A stretch of 64,000 nt of DNA from Anthoceros angustus. Taxonomy: Eukaryota; Plantae; Anthocerotophyta. Of this stretch, positions 23,785 to 34,085 are shown in pieces; the stretch's first letter is position 1, and every line of letters begins with the position of its first letter. The translations under genes were made by a program, and so were the position numbers. Location: assembly GCA_010909165.1 (NCBI GenBank), contig VJWM01000226.1, positions 231,605-295,604 on the forward strand, in the 5' to 3' direction. Below the pieces are notes generated by a model that had not been told where the DNA came from, did not search any database, and saw only the letters and a list, made by a program, of their open reading frames with translations.

Positions 23785-25486
23785 TTAGAACTCAAAGAGT
23801 CCAGGGTGGCTGTCAAGGTTGTCCGTATCCTCAACATGGTGCAGCTCGAGGCCTGGGTGGTGATTCAACCACGTATCATCCACTTTCTGGTACTCGTACA
23901 TGAAGCTGCACCAAAACATCCATTTTTCAGAGCAGATAAAATCAAGTCAAGAAATGGGAAGAACAAGTTTCAAATTGTGCGAATGCCCTCCAAGAGCTCG
24001 AATGGGGAACTTACGGTTCCATGTCTAGAGCTTGGGCCACCGTAACCTTCACCAACTCTGCATTCTCGTCGTAGAAGAGGAATTCAGCATTTAAATAGTC
24101 AGGATCAGTGTAGTGCCCTTTCCCCGGCAGTTTCTGCAGACATGAAACCCAGTATCTCAGCTCAAACTCAAACACACACATCACAGTAACAGGGTTGAGG
24201 GACAGAGTGATTGTGAGCTTTACCAGCCAGATGTCCCACATTCGGTCGACATTGTTGTGGTGAGCAAAGAAAATGGGGTCTCGAGCAGCAGAATAGCCGC
24301 GGCCCATGTCTTCCCACTGACTGTTTTCCCTAGAGCCGGTCCACATGTGGATGGCAGCGTGTGGATTTGCTTCCAAGTCCCCAGACATTTTTGCCTTGGC
24401 TTCACCGGCTCGCAGTGGCGGGGAGTAGACCTCCTCCCAGTTGTTCTTTGTATGGTTCTTCACTAAGATGCTCCACAAGATCGCGTTGTTCGAAGCTCGC
24501 AACCCATCATCCGTTCCTGCCGTACCATATTCACTCAGTTCATCAAGCAGAAAATACTGCGCTCTCCAGGCAGCTCAACAAGAAGGGACAGCAGACAACG
24601 CCAGGCAGAGGAACGCAGTGAACTACCCGCTGAAGGCACGTCATTCACGACATTCCTCATGTTCAGATCGATTAGAACCTCGTCGGTGCTACAATGCGCC
24701 TTGTTGCGATTGACATTGAAAAGCCCCGGGTACTTCAACGGCTGGCCGTACATTTTCCACGGAAAGGAATTCGGAAATGGGGTCGTAGCAGCTTGGTTGT
24801 CCCAGTTCCAGAAAGGCAGAGCAAAGGTCTCATCTCCCAGCAGTTTAGCCAGAATCCTTTCGTGAAAGAAACTGAACCTGCACGCCGCAGAGACACAGAC
24901 CGGGAAAGGGATCAGCTGACATTGCAAGCAGAATTCCAAAATTCGCTGGAATGTGAAGAATGACATTGCTGAGCGGACATTGGAAGTACATGAGCTGGGG
25001 AGATGATCGTAGGGCAGGTGAACAGTACCAGCGATGAAAAGGCATGAAGAGCCAGGTTTTGTGCACCTGGTAGTCCAAATCCGGGAAGCCAAGTTGCCCT
25101 CTCACGTCTGGCGACCCGTACAAGCAATGAAGGAAGGCTTGCTGCGAGTGTGATCGAGGATCAGTGGGCGGCAAAGCTTTCAAGAGTAGCATTGCCCGGT
25201 TGTACTTCTCAATGTAGGCGTCGTCTGCTAAATGTGCTGCCGGCCTGAATCGCTTCTGCTTGGGAAGTGGGTTCTTCTGGAGATACTCCTGGAGCGTCTT
25301 CACATTCCGGGGTGGATACGTCAAAATAGCCTCCAAACCCGGGGTGCAGCAATTTCCCCAGTTTGGATGCGCGCGGCAGCTGGAGAAGTTGGCATTGGCT
25401 GGCGCTGCTTGCGCCCCGTTGGAGAGACGTAGCAGTGTGACAATGGAGGCGCAGAGAGAGTAGACAAACCACCAGCCCCCCATCAT
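23785..25486 (-). CDS. PPO: Polyphenol oxidase (type-3 copper), short form with predicted signal peptide and no C-terminal KFDV domain; 5 exons
   Basis: CuA region HCLYG...QVHKTWLFMPFHRW|FSFFHERIL, FALPFWNWD, CuB region EANPHAAIHMW...EDMGRGYSAARDPIFFAHHNNVDRMW, and DWL region YTDPDYLNAEFLFYDENAELVKV...YEYQKVDDTWL. Four GT-AG introns keep the frame. TAA at 23787-23785. Confidence 0.93.
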
Positions 25487-25990
25487 CTCCAGCAATGCGT
25501 GCACCCTGTAGGCCAGCTAATGGAGACAAGCTCCAATGGAGGAGGCGAGGAGGGCAGGTGATAGGTGGTCCAACCCTGTGCGCAGTCCCACTGCACACCG
25601 GGAAATGGGCTACCTTTGGGACACATGACAATAAATAGTATAGGTCTGTGGCACTGACGAGCGCCACATTATTGGAGCACCACATTATTGGAGATCTCAA
25701 ATGTTTCATCACCCTCACACTCTCAGTCCCGCCGTTTACATGGTCCACAAACCATGTACATATGTACATACATAGGCTAGTCTAGGTCATCACAGCCTTG
25801 GATGTTGGAACTTGGGACACGAGCCAGACTGAAGGCCCAATGATTGACGGTGATAACATACTATGACAAACTTGCCAACCACACTACATTTTCGCTTGCA
25901 GAGTCTAGGTCTTACGCATCTGCGAGAACCACACGGATACATCAACTCTTTCAACCACACAAAGACATCAACTCTTTCGTTACCTGGGCG

Positions 25991-26241
25991 CACCCCCCTA
26001 GAATTTGCGTGAGAAAGATGAAGCAGTATCGCACCTCCCTAAAGTTTGCTGTGAGAAAGATGAAGCAAAATCGTACCTCCCTAGAGTTCTCTGTGAGAAA
26101 GATGAAACAACATCGTACCTCACTAGAGTTTGCTGTCAGAAAGATGAAGCAACATCGTACCTCCCTACAGTTTGCTGTAAGAAAGATGAAGCAACATCGT
26201 ACCTCCCTAGAGTTTGGTGTGAGAAAGATAACGCAATATGT
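25991..26241 (+). repeat. 42-bp tandem minisatellite (5 full + 2 partial copies)
   Basis: GTGAGAAAGATGAAGCAACATCGTACCTCCCTAGAGTTTGCT-like units start at 26009, 26051, 26093, 26135, 26177 and 26219. Confidence 0.95.
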
Positions 26242-27916
26242 AACTGGAATGTGGACGACGTTAAACCCAACTGCCAACCTGCTGCCCTTCGTACGATTAT
26301 ACCGTACCTACACCTGGCATAGCAAGCTTCACTTTTTCACTCAGCTCCTCCCACAGTCCAGTAGGACAAAGATTTTGCCTTTATGTGTAGCGCCAATGCA
26401 GCGAAAAGCGAGTTCTCAATGTGTCAAAATTTTAGGAGCGCGTATGTACAATAATAATTTGTTCGATTGCACACACCCTAAAGGCTGATGTCCCACCACG
26501 CAACAGTGCTGGCGTCGTGCAGCATACCCCTGTGACGGGCATTGGAAAAAGAATGAACATCGTGTCTGCCCAAAGGAGACGTGGCAATATGACCGACACC
26601 CACAGCTGCTGAGAATCATTGTCCTCACCTGGTAGCATGCCTTCCCTCCGCACCGTCCAATCCAGTCCCCCCAGGGTCCCGCTAAAGAGCGCCACATAAA
26701 CCCAACCTTACAATTGACTCCACTGTCCAGTACAACAGCGGGCATATGTAATCTCAGACGAAGCAATGTCAATGGACTCCTGCAACTTGGCTAAGTTGTA
26801 GAGTATCCCGCCTCAGCCTCAAAGAGTCAGCAGTCACATCCAACTTGGTAACACACTCACCTGCAACAGCATTGCCATGACACCCCCGTCCCGCGCTGAT
26901 TCAGGCGCGGGGGAAGGGGAGGGGAGTGGGGGGAGGAGGGAAGTGAGGTGGTAGACACGGCAGTGTCTACACATCACACATTCACTCTGAAATGCCGTAC
27001 ACGCACCAGCTGCAGAGCTCTCCATCACTCTACACATGAAAAGGTGGGAAAAAGTTGGAGCAGTCATCCTTGCCTGCACCAGATCCCACTGCGCCTGTGA
27101 AGAGTCCTTGAGTGCCCGCTATGATGTTGAACAAGCTCAGCAAAACGGGCCATGATCATAAGTGTAAACAAGCCTTCAGCTTCCTCAATCTTGAGGCAGC
27201 TCAGTACCAATTTGAGCTCAGCATGCAGTCGGCTTGGACTCCATATTTGCGAGAAATTGATCCATCTGTGCGCTAACGTTCTCTATCACCGAGATCTCTG
27301 CACTCAAGCTTCAAGTTTTCAAAGCGAACAGCCCTAAACCTGCCTTTGTGCACGGACTCACCCAACGTGCAGCTTACAATTAACGCCACTGCGAATTCAG
27401 GTCTGAAGGGGAAGCCGCCTGATCTGCCCTGTGTGCGGTGAGAAACGAAGCCTACCTTATCCAGAGCAACATGCTCTCATGAACCGCCTTATAGTCTTCC
27501 GAAGAAGACTTAACTCAACGCATCAAGCTCACGTTTGCTTGGTCATCGAAACGCAAGAGAGTAAAACCAGAGAATGGTACCCAAGCCGTCGTCGCCGTCA
27601 TCTTAGAGGCAGGGGAGAACCTTTCCACCAGAACCTTTCGGAAAGGGCCCTCCCGCCATAGAAAACTCCGTATGGTCAGCTTTCCCAGACGAGCCGAAAT
27701 GCACATCTAACACTACAACAACGGCCGGAGAGCTCCGCCAGCATTTCCAGACACACGGAAAATGCTGCAAAACCTGCCCTAAACCGCGGGATGGAGGCAA
27801 GATTGTTTGAACGCGGGACTTCCAAGTCTATGCCTTCATGTGCCCGTTCCGCTATCGACCATCCTCCCAACTTCCAAAGGTTTCTTGTTACAAACACAGC
27901 GCCGTCCGGGGACGGC

Positions 27917-28420
27917 TGTAACACCGCTCCACTCGCAGCATGAAAGACAGGATCGAGAGGCAGACACAAGGATTCAGCGTGCCCAACCAGGGAAGACATA
28001 AGTACATAGCCCTCACGGGCGAGTAGTTGTAAGCAATCATTAGCACCCTGAGCTGCACAGGAAGTCCCAAGTTCAGTACATTAAAAAATGGTGTGCTATG
28101 CATACATATATGCCCTTGGCCTTTGTCATACTCTCGATAGTATGAACCGTATCTCCATCCTAGATTATCCTGTATATTTTTAGAATTTATTCTCATAACT
28201 CTAATATAGATTTTCAACACTCCCACTCAACACATCGGTACTACTCTTTTAAGCCTATTATCTTGCTAAACTTAAAGTACTTCTCTAAAATCAATCCTTT
28301 GGTCAAAACATCTGCAGGCATGTCCACAGTGGGACCATAGGGTCTATGCACGCTTAGGTGCATCACTTCCATCCAAAATTGGGAGTGATAACTTGCTAAG
28401 TACATGGTGGTAAAAACGGG
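27917..28420 (-). mobile_element. Ty1/copia 3' end: RNase H C-terminus, PPT and 303-bp 3' LTR
   Basis: Minus strand reads KNPVF...PTVDMPADVLTKGL, then PPT GAGTGGGAG, then LTR TGTTGAAAA...GTGTTACA (28219 to 27917). Confidence 0.8.
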
Positions 28421-29545
28421 GTTTTTTTTTAATCCGTTTCGCATACGGCTTAAAATATCTCGGTTTGGTGTAAGCGTAATTAGTGGGTTTAGTTGTGGCT
28501 TCTGGCGCTTGCTTTTGTGGAAGTGGGCCGAGATAAAATGAGGTTACTGTGTTTGTGTGTGGGGTTGGTCCAGTAGATGGGGAATGCACGTGTGAGAATG
28601 GGGAAGTTGATGGTGGTGTTGGAGAATGGCGGGGATTGGTAGTAATGGTGGGAGGCAGAGTTTTGCGGCGGTGTGGGAGGCATGCTTTGCAGCGATGTGG
28701 GAGGGCGGTGATGTGGGAGGAGGTAGGAGGGTTTAGGGTGGGAGGAGGTGGGGAGGATGAAGGTGTGGGAGGAGGTGGGATGGCGCCAGTGTGGGAGGGC
28801 GGTGGAGGTGTTGGAAGACGGCGGCGGCGGCTTAGGGTTGACCTCGCTCACAGGACAGGGACATGTCCCTTGCGGACTTTGGCCGCCTGTAGCTGGATCT
28901 GGATCTGGCCGAGGTGGAGATGGCGGGCTTCCTTTGCCTCGCGCGTCGAGTTCGGCCCCTCGCAGCCCTCGTGCTCCTGTCCCATCTTTTCCCGGATGGT
29001 GGTAAGCAGGTTTTTTTAATCCGTTTCATACGGCTTAAAATATCTCGGTTTGGTGTAAGCGTGGTCCGTGGGTTTAGTTGTGGCTTCTGGCGCTTGCTTT
29101 TGTGGAAGTGGGCGAGATAAAATGAGGTTACTGTGTTTGTGTGTGGGGTTGGTCCAAGTAGATGGGGAATGCGTGTGAGAATGGGGAAGTTGATGGTGGT
29201 GTTGGAGAATGGCGGGGATTGGTAATGTGGGAGGCGAGTTTTGCGGTGTGGGAGGCATGCTTTGCGGCGATGTGGGAGGGCGGTGATGTGGGAGGAGGTA
29301 GGAGGGTTTAGGGTGGGAGGAGGTGGGAGGATGAAGGTGTGGGAGGAGGTGGGATGGCGCCAGTGTGGGAGGGCGGTGGAGGTGTTGGAAGAGGCGGCTT
29401 AGGGTTGACTTCGCTCACAGGACAGGGACATGCCTTGCGGACTTTGGCCGCTGATGGATCTGGATCGCCGAGGTGGGCGGGCTTCCTTTGCCTCGCGTCG
29501 AGTTCGGCCCCTCAGCCCTCGTGCTTCCCATCTTTTCCCAGTGGT
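28404..29545 (+). repeat. ~590-bp GA-rich unit in two tandem copies
   Basis: TTTTTAATCCGTTTC..ATACGGCTTAAAATATCTCGG begins both copies (about 28426 and 29013). The second copy carries many small deletions. Confidence 0.9.
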
Positions 29546-29619
29546 GGCCATGACAATGACCGTGTGTGACGGCGGCGGCAATGACGTTCACCACCTTCGG
29601 ATCATTTTGAACATCTGTC

Positions 29620-31735
29620 GCCCCTCTTGTGGTGAATTGGGAGGAGCCAGTGGCACTCCGTGAGGTGAGCAAGGTACGGGTTTTGGCTTTTGTTGGGAGT
29701 GACCGTCCTCACGGATGTGGTGGAAGTGGACTCGTCTTGATCGGGTTGATTGGACTTTTTTTTTTGCAGCTTGCCAACTTGTATGGATCCCGTCACTCTC
29801 TGCCCGATGGGCTCATGAGGGCACAGAATGTTGTCATTGCTTCAAACAGAAGGAAACAAACGGCTTGTGCACTTGACACTGCCAGTTCACATTGATTTCA
29901 GTGGACATGGTGATGGTAACGTGATGCAACACAGATTGGGCTAATCATGTCTTGTTTGGTTTTTTGTGTTGTAGAGTGAAGGCCAGTCTGTAATCATGGA
30001 GTGGAGGTTGTTTGGGAGGATGCAGGCTGTGTGGTCGCCCCTCTTGTGGTGAATTGGGAGGAGCAAGAGTGGCACTCCGTGACGTAGAGCAAGGTACGGG
30101 GTTTTGGCTTTTTGTTGGGGAGTGACCGACCTCACAGATGTGGTGGAAGTGGACTCGTGCTGATCGGGTTGATTGGACTTTTTCTTTTTGCAGCTTGCCA
30201 ACTTGAATGGATCCCGTCACTCTGTGCCCGATGGACTCATGAGGGCCTGAGAATGTTGTCATTGCTTCAACGAAGGAAACAAGCGGCTTGTGCACTTGAC
30301 CGCCCGATTCACATTGATTTCGGTGGACATGGTGATGGTAGCGTGATGCGGCCTGATTGGGCTAATCATGTCTGTTTGGTTTTTGTTGTAGAGTGAAGGC
30401 CATCTGTAATCATGGAGTGGAGTTGTTTGGGAGGATCAGTGTGTGGTCACCCTCTTGTGGTGAATTGGGAGGAGCAGTGGCAGTGGAAGTGGGGTTTTGG
30501 CTTTTGTTGGGGAGTGACCGACCTCACAGATGTGGTGGAAGTGGACTCGTGCTGATCGGGTTGATTGGACTTTTTCTTTTTGCAGCTTGCCAACTTGAAT
30601 GGATCCCGTCACTCTGTGCCCGATGGACTCATGAGGGCACAGAAGGTTGTCATTGATTCAGACAGAAGGAAACAAACGGCTTGTGCACTTGACACTGCCA
30701 GTTCACATTGATTTCAGTGGACATAGTGATGGTAACGTGATGCAGCACAGATTGGGCTAATCATGTCCTGTTTGGTTTTTTTCTGTTGTAGAGTGAAGGC
30801 GATCGTAATCATGGAGTGGAGGAGGTTGTTTGGGAGGATGCAGGTGTGGTCGCCTCTTGTGGTGAATTGGGAGCAGTGGCACTCCGTGACGTAGAGCAAG
30901 GTGGGGTTTTGGCTTTTGTTGGGAGTGACCGACCTCACAGATGTGGTGGAAGTGGACTCGTCTTGATCGGGTTGATTGGACTTTTCTTTTTGCTTGCCAA
31001 CTTGAATGGATCCGTCACTCTGTGCGATGGACTCATGAGGGCCTGAGAAGGATGTCATTGATTGAGACGAAGGAAACAAGCGGCTTGTGCCACACTGATT
31101 CACGTGATTCGATGGACATAGTGATGGTAGCGTGATGCGGCCTGATTGGGCTAATCATGTCTGTTTGGTTTTTGTTGTAGAGTGAAGGCCATCTGTAATC
31201 ATGGAGTGGAGTTGTTTGGGAGGATCAGTGTGTGGTCACCCTCTTGTGGTGAATTGGGAGGAGCAGTGGCAGTGGAAGTGGGGTTTTGGCTTTTGTTGGG
31301 AGTGACCGACCTCACATGTGGTGGAAGTGGACTCGTCTTGATCGGGTTGATTGGACTTTTCTTTTGCACACCACTTGAATGGATCCGTCACTCTGTGCGA
31401 TGGACTCATGAGGCTGCGAGAAGGTTGTCATTGATTCTGAGAAGGAAACAAAGCGGCTTGTGCACTTGACACGCCGGTTCACATTGATTTCGGTGGACAT
31501 AGTGATGGTAGCGTGATGCGGCCTGATTGGGCTAATCATGTCTGTTTGGTTTTTTTGTAGAGTGAAGGCGATCTGTAATCATGGAGTGGAAATTTGTTTG
31601 GGAGGATGCAGTGTGGTCACCCTCTTGTGGTGAATTGGGAGCAGTGGCACTCGTGGCGAGGTGCGGGTTTTGGCTTTTTGTTGGGGAGTGACCGTCCTCA
31701 CAGATGTGGTGGAAGTGGACTCGTGCTGAATTGGG
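29620..31735 (+). repeat. Tandem array of a ~380-420-bp unit (5 full copies + 1 partial)
   Basis: CCTCTTGTGGTGAATTGGGAG anchors at 29623, 30040, 30451, 30853, 31240 and 31621. Confidence 0.95.
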
Positions 31736-31761
31736 AGGAGCCAGAGTGGCAATATGGAAGT

Positions 31762-32040
31762 TAGGTGTGCTGGGGTTGGAGGTGTGCTGGGGTTGGAGGT
31801 GTGCTGGGGTTGGAGGTGTGCCGGAGTAGGAGGTGTACCGGAGTTGGAGGTGTGCCGGAGTTGGAGGTGTGCCGGAGTTGGAGGTGTGCCGGAGTTGGAG
31901 GTGTGCCGGAGTAGGAGGTGTGCCGGAGTAGGAGGTGTGCCGGAGTTGGAGGTGTGCCGGAGTTGGAGTTGTGCCGGAGTTTGTGGTGTGCCAATGGTGG
32001 AGGTGTGCAGGAGTCTGAGGTGTGCTGGAGTGTGAGTTGC
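31762..32040 (+). repeat. 17-bp minisatellite (GTTGGAGGTGTGCCGGA)n, roughly 15 copies
   Basis: Read directly; it explains the 17-aa periodic pseudo-ORFs in the ORF track. Confidence 0.95.
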
Positions 32041-32125
32041 TGGAGTCATGGTCCTCCTTGTGGTGGATCGGGTTGGAGACTGCTGATGTGGTGGCTTTGG
32101 CTGGAGATGGACCTGCCACAGGCCT

Positions 32126-34085
32126 GGGGATGGACCTCTTTATTGGAGAGAAAGAAGTGACAGCTGAAGGGATGTTGGTGGTGGTTGCTGGAGAGAAGGG
32201 AGTGAAAGATGGAAGGATGTTTTCTGTTATGGTTGTTTTCAGTTTTCATGGATTTGATCCAATCCATCTGTGCAGTTCTGGCGCTAACTCTGTTTTCTGC
32301 TTTCAGTTTCGCAGGTTGGCGCAGGTTAACAATATGGCTGACTTTGAAGAGGAGCCTGAGTTTGTTTCGAGGAAGGCGCTTCAGAAGAAGCTGGAGGTGC
32401 GTGAAAGGACCGAACATGTCAAGAAGTTGCAAGGAAAGCCTGTGAATGTCTGGGACTGGAAAGAAGAAGATGGCACACTCCGTAGTGCTGGTTTCAACGT
32501 TAGGGACATTTCATACACTGATATTCTGAAAGATCTTATTGGGGGTGACGAGTTCATCGTTAGTGTGTTTGGGCCGATAGCTGGGAAGAATGAAGGATTC
32601 AAGTGGTCTCGGAAACGTGTTGCAAGTTGCAAGGTGATTTCCCAGCGCGAGTGGGAAAGCATTGATGATTTGTGTTATTGTGTGTACCGGAAGCGGCCCT
32701 CTGAGGGGAAGAAGTTCATTCCTCGGAAGATGGCACTTGGAGTGCTTGTGGAGAAGTTGAAAGGTGTTTCCATTGACTGGTTCACTTATGACAAGACAAC
32801 GAAGGCACTTCGGGCAGGGGGTGTGGTTCGAAGAGCAGAAACAGCAAAAAAGAAGATGCGTGCCGAGGATGTTGCTGTGGAGGACAACTAGGAAGTTGAG
32901 GTACATATGTTTGTGGATGGCGGTCAAGCAGAAGGGGACCTTCCTGGCGAGGAGAGTATTAGCCAGCGGACACGCTCTCATGCTCGAGAGTCCAAGGTGC
33001 TAGCCTCTTGATGAGCAGTTCAGCGAAAGCCCATCCGGGACGGAAGAGCTTGAAACAAAGCGCCATGGTGGAAACTGCGACCAAAGATCCGTGGAGTCCA
33101 CTTCTCATGATGAGGTTGCGCAATTCATACACGGGCACAGGGATGGACCTCTTTATTGGAGAAAGAAGTGGCGGTGAAGGATGTTGGTGGTGGTTCTTTG
33201 GAGAGAAGGGAGTGAAAGATGGAAGGATGTTTTCTGTTATGGTTGTTTTCGGTTTTCATGGATTTGATCCAATCCATCATGCGATTCGCGCTAACTGTTT
33301 CTGCTTTCGGTTTGAGTTGGCGCAGTTAACAATATGGTTGACTTTGAAGGAGCTTGAGTTTGTTTCGAGGAAGGCGCAAAAGGCGGAGGTGCGTGAAAGG
33401 ACCGAACATGTCAAGAAGTTGCAAGGAAAGCCTGTGAATGTCAGGAAAGAAGAAGATGGCACACTCGTAGTCTTTGGTTTCAACGTTAGGGACATTTCAT
33501 ACGATATTACGAAAGATCTTATTGGGGTGAGTTCATCGTTAGTGTGTTTGGGCCGATAGCTGGGAAGAAGAAGGATTCAAGTGGTCTCGGTGTTGCAAGT
33601 TGCAAGGTGATTTCCAGTAGCAGTGGGAAAGCATTGATGATTTGTGTTATTGTGTGTCGGGCGGCCCTCCGAGGGAAGAAGTTCATTCCTCGGAAGATGG
33701 CACTTGGAGTGCTTGTGGAAGTTGAAGGTGTTTCCATTGGTGGTTCACTTATGACAAGACAACAAAGGCACTTGGCGGGGTGTGGTTGAAGGCGACAAAA
33801 AGAAGATGCGTGCGAGGATGTTCTTGTGGAGGACAACGAAGTTGAGGTACATATGTTTGTGGATGGCGGTCAAGCGAAGGGACCTTCTGGCGAGGAGAGT
33901 ATTAGCGGACACGCTCTCATGCTCGAGAGTCCAAGGTGCTAGCCTCTTGATGAGCAGTTCAGGCGTGGCCCATCCGGGACAGGAAGAGCTTGAAACAAAG
34001 CAGGCCATGGTGGAAACTGCTGCGACCAAAGATCCGGTGGAGTCCACTTCTCATGATGAGGTTGCGCACGAATTCATACACGGGA
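32126..34085 (+). repeat. ~1.0-kb head-to-tail duplication covering the MADFEEEP ORF
   Basis: GGGATGGACCTCTTTATTGGAGA at 32126 and 33140. Copy 2 is riddled with 1-3 bp deletions. Confidence 0.9.

Noticed and set aside
26834-27079. Partial RING-like motif CRHCRVYHL on the minus strand
   Set aside because: Too few ligands with correct spacing to support a call.
28730-28840. TTTAGGG/TTAGGG hexamers
   Set aside because: Isolated single occurrences, not a telomeric array.
25991-32040. CRISPR-like arrays
   Set aside because: The repeats are contiguous tandem units without unique spacers, in a eukaryotic context with no cas genes.
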